Shown here: positions 18,717 to 28,400 of the stretch, piece by piece
Numbering within the stretch: the first letter of the stretch is position 1
Layout: each line of letters opens with the position of its first letter
Source of the DNA: a virus
Lineage: Duplodnaviria > Caudoviricetes
Reading direction: 5' to 3' (one strand)
DNA: 64,000 nt
IMG/VR virus record: IMGVR_UViG_2974518997_000001
Location: 1-64,000 of that record
The notes under the pieces: generated by a model
What the model saw: only the letters and a program-made list of their open reading frames with translations
What the model was told of the DNA's origin: nothing
The model's database searches: none
Translations under genes and position numbers: made by a program

Positions 18717-19057
18717 TGGGCAAGGTGCATCGCGTCCAGGTGATCGTGGAGATCGAGGCTGACAACGAGCCGGGGATCCTCACGCGGTACGAGGTGATCG
18801 GCAAGCCGGGCGACATCTACAGCCGCCGCACGCGCATCGGGGTGACGCCGCACTACGGCAACCCGGGTGAGCCGGCAACGCAGGTCGAGGTGTCGATCGA
18901 CGCGATGTTGATCCCGATCGGGCGGGACCAGCTCATCTCGATCACCGAAGAGCCGCTGGATGATCACGAGCTCGAGGGACCCGCGGTCAGCACCGTCATC
19001 GCGCGGCAGCTCCCGCCGGGCCGCTCCGGCGACGTGATCCGCATCACCGAGCAGTAG
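18716..19057 (+). CDS. hypothetical protein
   Basis: TGATG coupling. Confidence 0.7.
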   Translation: MGKVHRVQVIVEIEADNEPGILTRYEVIGKPGDIYSRRTRIGVTPHYGNPGEPATQVEVSIDAMLIPIGRDQLISITEEPLDDHELEGPAVSTVIARQLPPGRSGDVIRITEQ

Positions 19058-19066
19058 GCTCAGCAC

Positions 19067-19285
19067 ATGCAGAGCACGATGTCACCAGGCCTCCTCGAGC
19101 TGATCCTTCTCGGGGCAGGCCTGGTGTCATTGGCGGTGGGCCTCGTGCTGTGGAAGCGCTCGGAGCGTCCCAGTGGCGGCGACCTGATGCCGACGGCGCT
19201 GTACGGCTTCGCGCTGATCTTCACGGTCTTCGGTATCTCGTGCATCGCGGTGGCAGGCTTCGCAACCCTGACCGGGATGGTGTAG
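19067..19285 (+). CDS. small two-TM membrane protein
   Basis: two hydrophobic stretches. Confidence 0.65.
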   Translation: MQSTMSPGLLELILLGAGLVSLAVGLVLWKRSERPSGGDLMPTALYGFALIFTVFGISCIAVAGFATLTGMV

Positions 19286-19332
19286 GGCGCGGGATCGTAG
19301 CACCAACCGCGCCGGCGTGCGAGAATCACCTC

Positions 19333-22300
19333 ATGACTCCGCGCGACTCCGATCTCACGCACGCCCGTCCGCGGCTGCGCTCCTCTGCCACCCGCTTCAC
19401 CCAGGGCAACGTCACCGAGGGACCGCGATCGCGCGTACACCGTGACCAGCTGGCGCGTCGGCGGGAGAACGCCCCGATGCCGATGCAGTCTCTGGTGGCG
19501 TCGGCTCAGCGCCTGACCAAGAAGAAGCTCACCGGCGGGTCGTTCAAGAAGACCACCGCGGCAGGCTGGCAGGAAGACGCCTGGGAGATGCACGACCTGG
19601 TCGGCGAGCAGCACTTCCTCGCGACCACGCTGGCGAACCAGGCCTCGAAGGCACGCTTCTACGTCGGCAATCTCGGCGAGGGCGGGGACATCACCGACGC
19701 GCCGGACCCGTCGGAGGACGTGCAGCTGCAGGCGATCCTCGAGGTCGTGGGAGGCGGACCCGTCGGCTTCGCGCAGATGGTGCAGCGCATGCTGGTCAAC
19801 CTCTGGGTGGCGGGCGACGGCTGGATCGTGGGCATCCCGAAGCAGCTGCTCCCGGACTACGAGCCGGAGGACGAGGAGGAAGCGGAGAGCCTCGAGGACT
19901 GGGACCCGGAGGCGATCCTCGATCCTCGGGAAGACGCTGAGCTCTCGATGGGCGACCTCGAGTGGCGGATGCTCTCGGTCAGCGAGGTCAGCCTGAAGAA
20001 GGAGGGCCTGGTCACTCTCCACCTCGGAGCAAGCGCGTCTGAGCGCCTCGAGGTCAGCCCGAACTTGCTGTACATGATCCGCGTGTGGCGGCCGCATCCC
20101 CGCCGGTGGTGGGAGGCAGACAGCCCCACGCGCTCGTCCCTGCCGGTCCTGCGCGAGCTGGTCGGCCTCACGATGCACATCTCCGCGCAGGTCGACAGCC
20201 GTCTGGCCGGCGCAGGTCTGCTGCTGGTCCCGGCCTCCGCGGCACGCGCGCTGAAGATCGCGGCAGGTCTGCCCGAGGACAGCCCGGAGGATCCGTTCAC
20301 CGACGCGCTGATGGAGGCGATGCTCACGCCGATCGGCGACCGGGCCAACGCCTCGGCCCTGGTCCCGCTCGTGGTCACCGTGCCCGACGGCACTGCGCAG
20401 GACTTCCAGTACCTCACCTTCGCCAAGCCGCTGGACACCGAGGCACGCTCGCTGCGCGACGAGGCGATCCGCCGTCTGGCGCTCGGGCAGGACGCGCCGC
20501 CGGAGCTGCTGCTCGGCACGGGCGGCATGAACCACTGGGGCGCGTGGCTGGTGCGCGACGACGTCGTCACCACGCACATCGAGCCGCCTCTCGCGCTGAT
20601 CGCTGACGCGCTGACCACGCAGTACCTGCGGCCGATGATGGCCGAGCTGGGCTACGACAAGGAGATCATCAAGAAGACGGTCGTCTGGTACGACACCTCG
20701 AAGATGATCGTCCAGCCGAACCGTGCGGCAGACGCGCTGACGCTGTACGACCGGGACGCACTCTCGGACGAGGCGCTGCGCGAGGCCACTGGCTTCGACG
20801 AGACGGACGCTCCCGAGACCAGCAAGATGGACCTCGCGAGCCAGAAGGCGTTCATCATGGTGCAGGAGAACCCGGGCCTCATGGCGAACCCGGGCTTGCC
20901 GGCACTGGTGGAGCAGCTGCGCGCGCTGATCAGCGGCCACTCGATCCCGCTGCCGAAGAAGGGCGCAGGCGCTCCCACCGCGCCGGTGAACCCGGCCACC
21001 GGCGAGCCGATCGCTACCACTAACCCGACGCCGCAGGCGGGCGGTGCCACCGGTGCACCCGCGGGAGCAGCCGAGGCGCAGGCTGCACAGGGCGCACCTC
21101 CGCGCAATCCCTCGGTGAAGCAGGGCCCGGCGATGTCGGCGACGACGGACACGTTCAACTCGTTCATGGGCTACGAGCCGGTGGAGAAGGTGAGCGACGA
21201 GGAGTACGCGCGTCAGCTCCCGCACGGCGGCTGGGACCTCTCGGACAAGGCGGTCTGGCACGTCTCGGTGATGAGCACGTTCCACAGCACGGGCGCAGGC
21301 TACCGTGCGGGATCGACGCAGACCTTCGACGCGCACGAGACCGAGGAAGGCACGCTGGTCACTCCCGGCGCTCCCGGCCTCAACGCTGACGGCACCCCGC
21401 CGAAGTGCCACTACTGCGAGCAGGAGGCGACCGGCTGGTTCCTCTTCGCCGAGGGGATGGCGTTCATCCCGTTCGATGAGAAGCACCGCACGGTGGCGCA
21501 CGAGGACGCGATCCACGCGACGCCTGACGGCACTCCCTCGGAGGACAACATCGACCGCGAGGGCGCGTACGCCGCACCGGATGACGCGAAGCTGGCGTCG
21601 ACCGCTGAGGTCGTCCAGGCGATCGCGGCCGAGATGCGCGAGGAGCACGGCGACGACCCGACGGATCCGTTCGTGAAGGGCTTCATCAAGGAGGCCGAGC
21701 GGCAGGCTGAGCGGGACGGGTACGGCGTGGCCGCGGTGGTCGCTGACGTGCCTGACGTGCCCGAGGTCATCGAAGACCAGGTCGACGACAGCCCGGCGAT
21801 GACCGGCGCGATCGTCGTGCTGATCCCTCGGGAGGATGACCCGATCCACCAGGTCAGCCAGGACATCGACGCGCACCTGACGCTGGCGTACCTGGCGCAC
21901 GACATCACGACCGAGGCTATGCCGCCGACGGAGACGCTGCTCGATCAGGCGAAGGCCGTGGCGAGCCAGTTCCAGCAGAACCAGCTGGTCAGCCCGAAGG
22001 GCAAGGTCATGGCCCTCGGTGACGCCGTGGTGGTGACCCTAGAGGAGGGAGACCAGCTGCGGGAGCTGCACGACGCGATCACGAAGCCGGGCACGCCGAT
22101 CGGCTCGCTCGACGGCTCTCGCAACGCGTACGAGTTCCGGCCTCACGTCTCTCTCGTCTACCCGCAGGACTCTGACACCGCGGAGGCGGCGAAGACCCTC
22201 GAGTACCCGTACTCCGAGGTGACGTTCGACCGCATCGGCGTGTGGATCGGCGAGATGCACTACGACTTCCAGCTGGGCGTGCCGGCCGAGAACCAGCCGC

Positions 22301-22455
22301 CTGCCGAGCAGTCTCCCGCGCAGGAGCCTCTCCCGGCCACGCAGGAATCGGTGGACCCGAAGCTGGCTCGTGTGCCAGAATCAGCTAGCGTAGTACGCTC
22401 CCCCGCCGAGATGCGGGCGGACAGCGAACGTCTCGCAGCCACAACCGCACACTGA
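19333..22455 (+). CDS. portal protein with C-terminal extension containing a 2H-phosphoesterase domain
   Basis: actinophage portal motifs WQEDAWEMHDLVGE, RVWRPHPRR...ADSP, SRLAGAGLL, AIRRLA...PPELLLG...NHW; HLT and HVS motifs near the C-terminus. Start 19333 (19477 alternative). Confidence 0.85.
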   Translation: MTPRDSDLTHARPRLRSSATRFTQGNVTEGPRSRVHRDQLARRRENAPMPMQSLVASAQRLTKKKLTGGSFKKTTAAGWQEDAWEMHDLVGEQHFLATTLANQASKARFYVGNLGEGGDITDAPDPSEDVQLQAILEVVGGGPVGFAQMVQRMLVNLWVAGDGWIVGIPKQLLPDYEPEDEEEAESLEDWDPEAILDPREDAELSMGDLEWRMLSVSEVSLKKEGLVTLHLGASASERLEVSPNLLYMIRVWRPHPRRWWEADSPTRSSLPVLRELVGLTMHISAQVDSRLAGAGLLLVPASAARALKIAAGLPEDSPEDPFTDALMEAMLTPIGDRANASALVPLVVTVPDGTAQDFQYLTFAKPLDTEARSLRDEAIRRLALGQDAPPELLLGTGGMNHWGAWLVRDDVVTTHIEPPLALIADALTTQYLRPMMAELGYDKEIIKKTVVWYDTSKMIVQPNRAADALTLYDRDALSDEALREATGFDETDAPETSKMDLASQKAFIMVQENPGLMANPGLPALVEQLRALISGHSIPLPKKGAGAPTAPVNPATGEPIATTNPTPQAGGATGAPAGAAEAQAAQGAPPRNPSVKQGPAMSATTDTFNSFMGYEPVEKVSDEEYARQLPHGGWDLSDKAVWHVSVMSTFHSTGAGYRAGSTQTFDAHETEEGTLVTPGAPGLNADGTPPKCHYCEQEATGWFLFAEGMAFIPFDEKHRTVAHEDAIHATPDGTPSEDNIDREGAYAAPDDAKLASTAEVVQAIAAEMREEHGDDPTDPFVKGFIKEAERQAERDGYGVAAVVADVPDVPEVIEDQVDDSPAMTGAIVVLIPREDDPIHQVSQDIDAHLTLAYLAHDITTEAMPPTETLLDQAKAVASQFQQNQLVSPKGKVMALGDAVVVTLEEGDQLRELHDAITKPGTPIGSLDGSRNAYEFRPHVSLVYPQDSDTAEAAKTLEYPYSEVTFDRIGVWIGEMHYDFQLGVPAENQPPAEQSPAQEPLPATQESVDPKLARVPESASVVRSPAEMRADSERLAATTAH
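22387..22399. promoter_or_regulatory. AGCGTAGTACGCT palindrome
   Basis: perfect copy inside the portal 3' end, ~65 bp upstream of the next gene. Confidence 0.6.
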
Positions 22456-22465
22456 GGAGAGGTCC

Positions 22466-22786
22466 ATGACCGCAACCATCGAAGAAGCACTGGAACAGGG
22501 TTGGCTTGACACCCCGTCCTTCTTCGGGAACCAGACCGACGAGGCGCTGATCTTCTTCAGCAAGTGCCACGAGTCGCCCTGGGTCCTGATGAGGCGGTCT
22601 GAGCCGGAGCCCGTGCTGAACACCGAACATCGCGACGTGCAGACGGCGCTGGCGGTGTACGGCTCCGAGGGAGCGATCCCTCCGCAGATCCTGGCGGTCC
22701 TGCCGCACTTCACCCCGAGGCCGCGCGCGGTGATCTACTCTCGGTTCCCGGAGTACCGCCAGGGCACGGCGATCCCGGTCCCGTGA
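22466..22786 (+). CDS. hypothetical protein
   Basis: GAGGAGAGG RBS. Confidence 0.75.
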   Translation: MTATIEEALEQGWLDTPSFFGNQTDEALIFFSKCHESPWVLMRRSEPEPVLNTEHRDVQTALAVYGSEGAIPPQILAVLPHFTPRPRAVIYSRFPEYRQGTAIPVP

Positions 22787-23025
22787 TGCGCTTCGTGCTC
22801 GGGGTCCTGACGGGCTTCGGTGCGGCGTGGGCAGCGCTGGCGATCTGGCAGCACCGCGCAGTTCCGGACATCGACCCGGCGATCGTTCCGGGCGTGGACG
22901 AGATGGACGACATCGTCTACTACGGGCGTCGGCCCAGCTTCCGGGACTCGACAGCAGGCGACTGCACGGGGTTCCGGGGATCGATCCCGTACGACGCCAA
23001 GAGGCATGAAGGGATGTACCCGTGA
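22786..23025 (+). CDS. membrane-anchored hypothetical protein
   Basis: N-terminal TM; TGATG coupling. Confidence 0.65.
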   Translation: MRFVLGVLTGFGAAWAALAIWQHRAVPDIDPAIVPGVDEMDDIVYYGRRPSFRDSTAGDCTGFRGSIPYDAKRHEGMYP

Positions 23026-23297
23026 ACGAGGGCCTGTACTTCTTCGCCGGAGCGATCGTGACTCTGGCCGTCGTCGGCACGGGCGTGCTGCTGCGCGGGC
23101 CCTCCGAGGAGCAGCGCCGCCGAGAGGCGCAGCGCTCGAAGCGGCCGTCGACCCCGCCGCCAGTGCTCGGTCCTCGGGGCGGTGCCGGCGACAGCGGCGC
23201 GTATCGGCCGAGAGGGATCGTGCGACCTGCATCCCCGCCTCCGCGCATCAAGCACGGCGGCATCGGCAACCCGGCCTACCGAAAGGGCAAGCGATGA
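23022..23297 (+). CDS. membrane-anchored hypothetical protein
   Basis: N-terminal TM then Pro/Arg-rich. Confidence 0.65.
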   Translation: MNEGLYFFAGAIVTLAVVGTGVLLRGPSEEQRRREAQRSKRPSTPPPVLGPRGGAGDSGAYRPRGIVRPASPPPRIKHGGIGNPAYRKGKR

Positions 23298-23866
23298 GCG
23301 ATCTTCCCAGTCTCGACTTCGTGAAGCCGATCGGCCACGACGGCGAGCATCACCCGATGCGCAGCACTCCGCCGGCCGCCAAGGAGATGCCGAGCGTCTG
23401 CCCGGTGTGCGGCGCGTACAGTCTCGCGCCCGAGGGCGAGATGAGCGCGCTGCTCGCGGTGTGCGACGTGCTCGTGCTGAAGGCCCTCGAGAAGATGGGC
23501 AACTACATCGTCCGTGCCGAGCGCAGCCGGTTCCGCTCGCTGGGCACGCGCCCGGCGTACGTGGCCCACACGCTGTGGCCGGTGCCGGATGAGACCGTGG
23601 ACAAGGCGCTGCGCGGAGCGTGGGAGGTGGTGCCGGCACTGCTGGACATCCACGGCTGCTGCGACGTGACCTCGATCCAGGTGACCAAGATGCTGGACGA
23701 GTACGTGCACGACCTGGTCATCACGGGCACCGCCCACTCCCTCCTCGGGCCGGGAGGCCTGATGTACCGCTTCAAGAGCCAGCTGGGCCTGCCGGTCTAC
23801 TGGCACGCGGCGAAGCCGGACGAGCTTCTCGCACCACTGATCAAGGAGAACCATGGACATGAGTAA
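23294..23866 (+). CDS. hypothetical protein, possibly a detached portal C-terminal helical domain
   Basis: ATGA overlap; DVLVLKALEKMGN...RGAWEVV...LDEYVHDL. Confidence 0.7.
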   Translation: MSDLPSLDFVKPIGHDGEHHPMRSTPPAAKEMPSVCPVCGAYSLAPEGEMSALLAVCDVLVLKALEKMGNYIVRAERSRFRSLGTRPAYVAHTLWPVPDETVDKALRGAWEVVPALLDIHGCCDVTSIQVTKMLDEYVHDLVITGTAHSLLGPGGLMYRFKSQLGLPVYWHAAKPDELLAPLIKENHGHE

Positions 23867-24155
23867 GCCGACCCCGGTGTACGACGAGAACGAGTCGTTC
23901 GCGGAGCAGGGAACAACCCTGACGCCCGAGCTGGAAGCGGAGCTGCGCAACGGCAACCGCCAGATCGAGGAGGGCGCGGTGACCGTGAAGGCCCGCGACG
24001 ACCGGCCTCGGACCAAGGAGCAGCGTCGCGCAGAGCTCCGCAAGGAGATCGACGGCGACCTGAAGAAGGTCTACGACCAGGCGCTCCTTGCGGGAGACTT
24101 CCAGGCATCACTGTCGGCCGCGCACATGCGCGCATCCCTCGGAGGTGTGATGTGA
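23853..24155 (+). CDS. hypothetical protein
   Basis: AAGGAG RBS. Confidence 0.75.
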   Translation: MDMSKPTPVYDENESFAEQGTTLTPELEAELRNGNRQIEEGAVTVKARDDRPRTKEQRRAELRKEIDGDLKKVYDQALLAGDFQASLSAAHMRASLGGVM

Positions 24156-24505
24156 GCGCCTTCGGAGCAGCGGCAGAGAAGCCCGCGCAGCCTCAGCTGA
24201 GCGACAACGAGGTCATGGCGGCCACGCACGCGGAGATGGAGCGCGGCGAGATCTCCACCTCGGTGCCGATGAACGACGAGTTCCTGATCATCGAGGACAC
24301 CTTCGTGCAGGTGGCTCTCCGCTCGGAGGTCCAGGACGCGCTGCAGAAGTGGATGAGGAGTCACGCCGATGAGCTGGACGAGGTGCTCAAGCCCTTCGGC
24401 CTGTCTCAGCAGGACGTGCTGATGCCGACGTTCGAGCGGCCGGTGCGCAACGGGGAGATGAGCCAGGGCCGCTTCGGCGCGGACCGGCACCGGAGGTTCG
24501 TGTGA
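24152..24505 (+). CDS. hypothetical protein
   Basis: GGAGGT RBS, GTGA overlap. Confidence 0.7.
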   Translation: MSAFGAAAEKPAQPQLSDNEVMAATHAEMERGEISTSVPMNDEFLIIEDTFVQVALRSEVQDALQKWMRSHADELDEVLKPFGLSQQDVLMPTFERPVRNGEMSQGRFGADRHRRFV

Positions 24506-25299
24506 CCGAGGCGCTGCAGGACGTATCTCGGCCGGGGCCTGCGTTCGCGCGCCAGGCCGCGGCGGAGGCGCATCTGCTGCGCGAGGCAGAGGCGATGCTC
24601 GGCCAGTTCCTCTCCTCGGTCCTGACCAAGGCGAAGACGGGGACGCTATACCCGCCGGACGTGCACGGGCGCTGGGCGACCGCGGTGGCGGACATGCTCG
24701 ACGCGCTGCCCTCGGAGATGGCGGAGTACGTCGGCCCGGCATTCCGCGATGAGGACCTCCCGAGCGACGTCTACTCGACGGTGCAGGAGGTCTACGCCGC
24801 TCGCGTGCGCACCATGGCGTCGGCAGCCGAGATGAACGACGCTCTCGAGCGCGCGCTCAGCCCGGACGGGTTCGAGGTGGAGCAGGTGAGCGCCTCGATC
24901 GGCCAGACCCTCCTCGAGATGCCGACCTTCGAGCTGTACGACCACATCACGCAGGGCGCAGGCTTCGCGGCGCTCGTGGCGGCCGGCTTCTGGGACAACC
25001 TCGAGAAGGCAGGCTCGGTCTGGGTGAGGCGCATCCGTCGGACCGTGCGCACGACGGCGACGGGGATGGTCAGCCGGTTCACGGTGACCGCGCTGCGGAT
25101 CCAGGACTACCCGAAGAAGAAGTGGGTCACCCGGCACGACGACCACGTGCGATCGACGCACCGTCTGGCCGATGGGCAGGTCGTTCCGACGGATCAGCCG
25201 TTCATCGTCGGCGGCGCAAGCCTGATGTACCCGGGCGAGCGGGATGCGGAGTACGGCGAGGTCGTGAACTGCCGCTGTACTCTCGTCGGCGTCAGGTGA
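24502..25299 (+). CDS. MuF/SPP1 gp7-like minor capsid (head morphogenesis) protein
   Basis: KKWVTRHDDHVRSTH..ADGQ...FIVGGASLMYPG...EVVNCRC. Confidence 0.85.
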   Translation: MTEALQDVSRPGPAFARQAAAEAHLLREAEAMLGQFLSSVLTKAKTGTLYPPDVHGRWATAVADMLDALPSEMAEYVGPAFRDEDLPSDVYSTVQEVYAARVRTMASAAEMNDALERALSPDGFEVEQVSASIGQTLLEMPTFELYDHITQGAGFAALVAAGFWDNLEKAGSVWVRRIRRTVRTTATGMVSRFTVTALRIQDYPKKKWVTRHDDHVRSTHRLADGQVVPTDQPFIVGGASLMYPGERDAEYGEVVNCRCTLVGVR

Positions 25300-25352
25300 T
25301 ACGCTCATCGCACCACTCCTCACGGTGGCAAGGCAGCGCGTAGTTCCTTCGC

Positions 25353-25388
25353 AGGGCCTCGGATTCTCCCCAGTGTCCGAGGCCCTTC
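25353..25388 (+). terminator. stem-loop, probable terminator
   Basis: agggcctcgga...tccgaggccct followed by a short T-containing run. Confidence 0.5.
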
Positions 25389-25459
25389 TGCATGCGGCAC
25401 TGCCGCGGCGAAGCGGGCAATCATAGCGAGATCACACGACTGGCGCTAGCATGTGCTTC

Positions 25460-28400
25460 ATGCCTACCTCGCGCCGCGCCTCCAGCCTCCGCCCTCTGCA
25501 GGGCCTCGCCGAATACTCCACGATCGTCGCCGATGAGCCGATCACCGTGGAGGTGGAGAAGGCCACCACTGCAGAGAACGAGGGGCAGCCGGCTCCGGTC
25601 GAAGAGGTCACGCTGACGCCGGGCACCGCTCGGTGGGCGGGCATCATCGGCTTCGAGAACGAGATGACCGGCGACGGTCGCTTCATCGCTGAGGGTGCGC
25701 TGCGCTGGCCGGAGGATCTGGTGGAGAACCCGATCCCGATTCGGTACGTGGCATCCGACGTGGGAGCGCACGACGGCGCGCAGGTCGTGGGTCTCATCGA
25801 CACCATCGAGCGTCAGGCACCGCTCGAGAACGGCTCGATCCCGATCTACGCCGAGGGTGTCTTCGATGACGCGGAGGACGCGGACGTGGCGCAGGAGGCG
25901 TTCCGCCACGTGGACAAGAAGTTCACCAACGGCGTGAGTATGGACCTGGACGACGTGGTCTTCGAGGTCAAGAACGAGGGCGAGAGCGCGAAGGAGACCG
26001 TCCAGACGAACGACGCGCGCATCCGGGCGGCGACCATCGTCGCGATCCCGGCATTCGCGGACGCTCGCATCGGCATCGTCGGCACGGGCGCGGCGGACAC
26101 CGTCGCACTGGCCGGAGACCCGAAGCTCGAGGCGGCTGCGACCCTGATCAGCGCGCATAACGAGGAGATCGTGCAGCCCGGCTCCGCTCGGGCCATGCGT
26201 GCGCACGCGATCACCAAGGCGAAGCTCAAGCGCCTGTCCACGCGCTCGCAGTCGTTCGCCTACCAGACCACGAAGGTCAAGGACCCCGAGGGCAACTGGG
26301 TGGAGACGCCGGCCGCGGCGATCGACATCGCCAGCAACTCCACGCCGCCGGACGACAGCTTCCAGCAGGGCCTGGACATCCTCAACGAGGCCGACATGCT
26401 CGAGCTCGGCTCGGCGGACTATCTCGCTAAGGTCGAGGAGGCCGTGCCGCTGTTCCAGGCGGCGATCGAAGAGGGCGGCGACCGCGCACCCGACGCGAAG
26501 CAGGTCGTGACGATCCTCGAGGAGTACCTCGCGATCAACTGGCCGTCGAAGGACGACGAGGGCAACGAGGTCGAGACCGACGGCGAGGACGGCGCGAACG
26601 TCGAGAAGGCCGTCGAGGGTGTGCAGGAAGTGGCTCCGGCAGCGGCAGATCCCGCCGCGAAGCAGGAGGCAGCGCCCGCGAAGCTCTCCTCGGAGACCGA
26701 GACCTTCGCGTACAACGAGCACCAGTGGCGGAACCCGGCCAACGGCCGCTGGATCGACATGCCGGGTCGTCTCACGTCGAAGCTCCTCGATGCGCTGGAC
26801 AGCGACGAGTCCGGCCTGAACGACGAGGGCTACGAGCGCATCAACACCGCGGCTGTGCAGGCGGATGCCGAGGCCGGCAACGCGGACTCTGCGATCAAGG
26901 CGAAGGACTACCCCGCTGCGCAGGAGCACATCGCCAAGGCCCGCGACCTCATGTCCGCCGTGGATGCGGCGATCGAGGCCGACAACTACATGGAGGCTGT
27001 CGACAAGAACACCCTCTCGGACCTGACGCGGAACATCGATCAGACGCTCGGCTCGCAGGAACAGGACCTGATGGGCGTGCCCGCGGGCTTCGACGACGAG
27101 GGTGTCGGCTCGTTCGACCCCGAAGAGGTTGTCGAGGTCACCCTGCCCGGCGGTGGCGTCATCGAGGCCGGCGGACCGGCGGTCGTCCCCTCGGATGCCC
27201 CGATCGTCCCCTCGGGACGTGTGCTCGACTTCGATGATCCCGAGGACGACGACAAGATCGAGGAGACCGCGATCGAGGAGGGCTCGCAGGCTCTCGACCA
27301 GCTCGAGATGGAGTGGGATCAGGACCTCCCCGCCGAGGCACTGCAGACCCTCTCTGCTCTGGACGCGCTGAACCTCGATGAGGCGGAGAAGAAGTTCGAT
27401 CAGGTGAAGGCGCTGCTCCAGGACGCGCAGGACGGCTACCTCGGCGACGAAGATGACGAGGGCCATGACCGGATCAACTTCCTGGCGAACATCGTCGACA
27501 CTCTCGCGCGCACGATCGACCGCTGGAAGAGCGAGCAGAACTACAACAACGGCACCGACTACGCGTACGACCCCGAGCAGGCGGTGGCGTGGGCGGCAGA
27601 GTTCAACGTGCCCGACGCGCAGGTCGAGGAGATGCTGCAGGTCCTGGCGACGGTCCAGATCGGCACTCCCGAGTGGGACGAGCTCTCCAGCGCGTCGCAG
27701 GGCTTCGTGAAGCTCTCGCGCGCGGGCGTGGACCCGAAGGAGGCCCTCTCGATCTACCTCCGCACCCTCGAGGAGATGGGGATGGGCGCGGTCGAGTTCA
27801 CATACGGCGCGCGCAAGGGTCAGCAGTTCAACTGGGTCGACGACGTGGGCGGACTGCCGAAGTACATCCGCGACATCGCTGACAGCCTCATGGCCCGCGG
27901 TCAGGGCGAGTCGCGCGCGATCGCGACGGCCGTGAACACCGTGAAGCGCTGGTCGAAGGGCGGCCCGGCGCGCAAGGGCGGCAAGGGATCCGTCTCGGCG
28001 AAGACCGTGGCCAAGGCCCTGGCTGCTCTCGCGGAGTGGGAGGCCAAGAAGGCCGCGGCGAAGGCGTCGGCAGAGACCACGGTCATGGCGACCGAGTCCA
28101 GCCCCGCTCTCGTGGCCTCGTTCGCCACCACGAAGCAGCGCGCACACGCGGAGGAGGTCGCGGACAACCGCCGCGAGCTGCTGGCGCGCGTGAAGGGCGA
28201 GGACGTCGTGGCTGAGGCCGAGGCGCTCACGGCAGCGGCCGCGAAGACGGCACTGTCGCAGCGTCCGATCGTGAAGCTGCGTGGGAACTCCTCGATCCCG
28301 GTCGCTCCGCCGAAGAACTGGTTCGAGAACCCGAAGTTCAAGGCGATCCAGCCGATCACCATCGACGAGGACGGCCGCGTGTACGGTCACCTCGCCAGCT

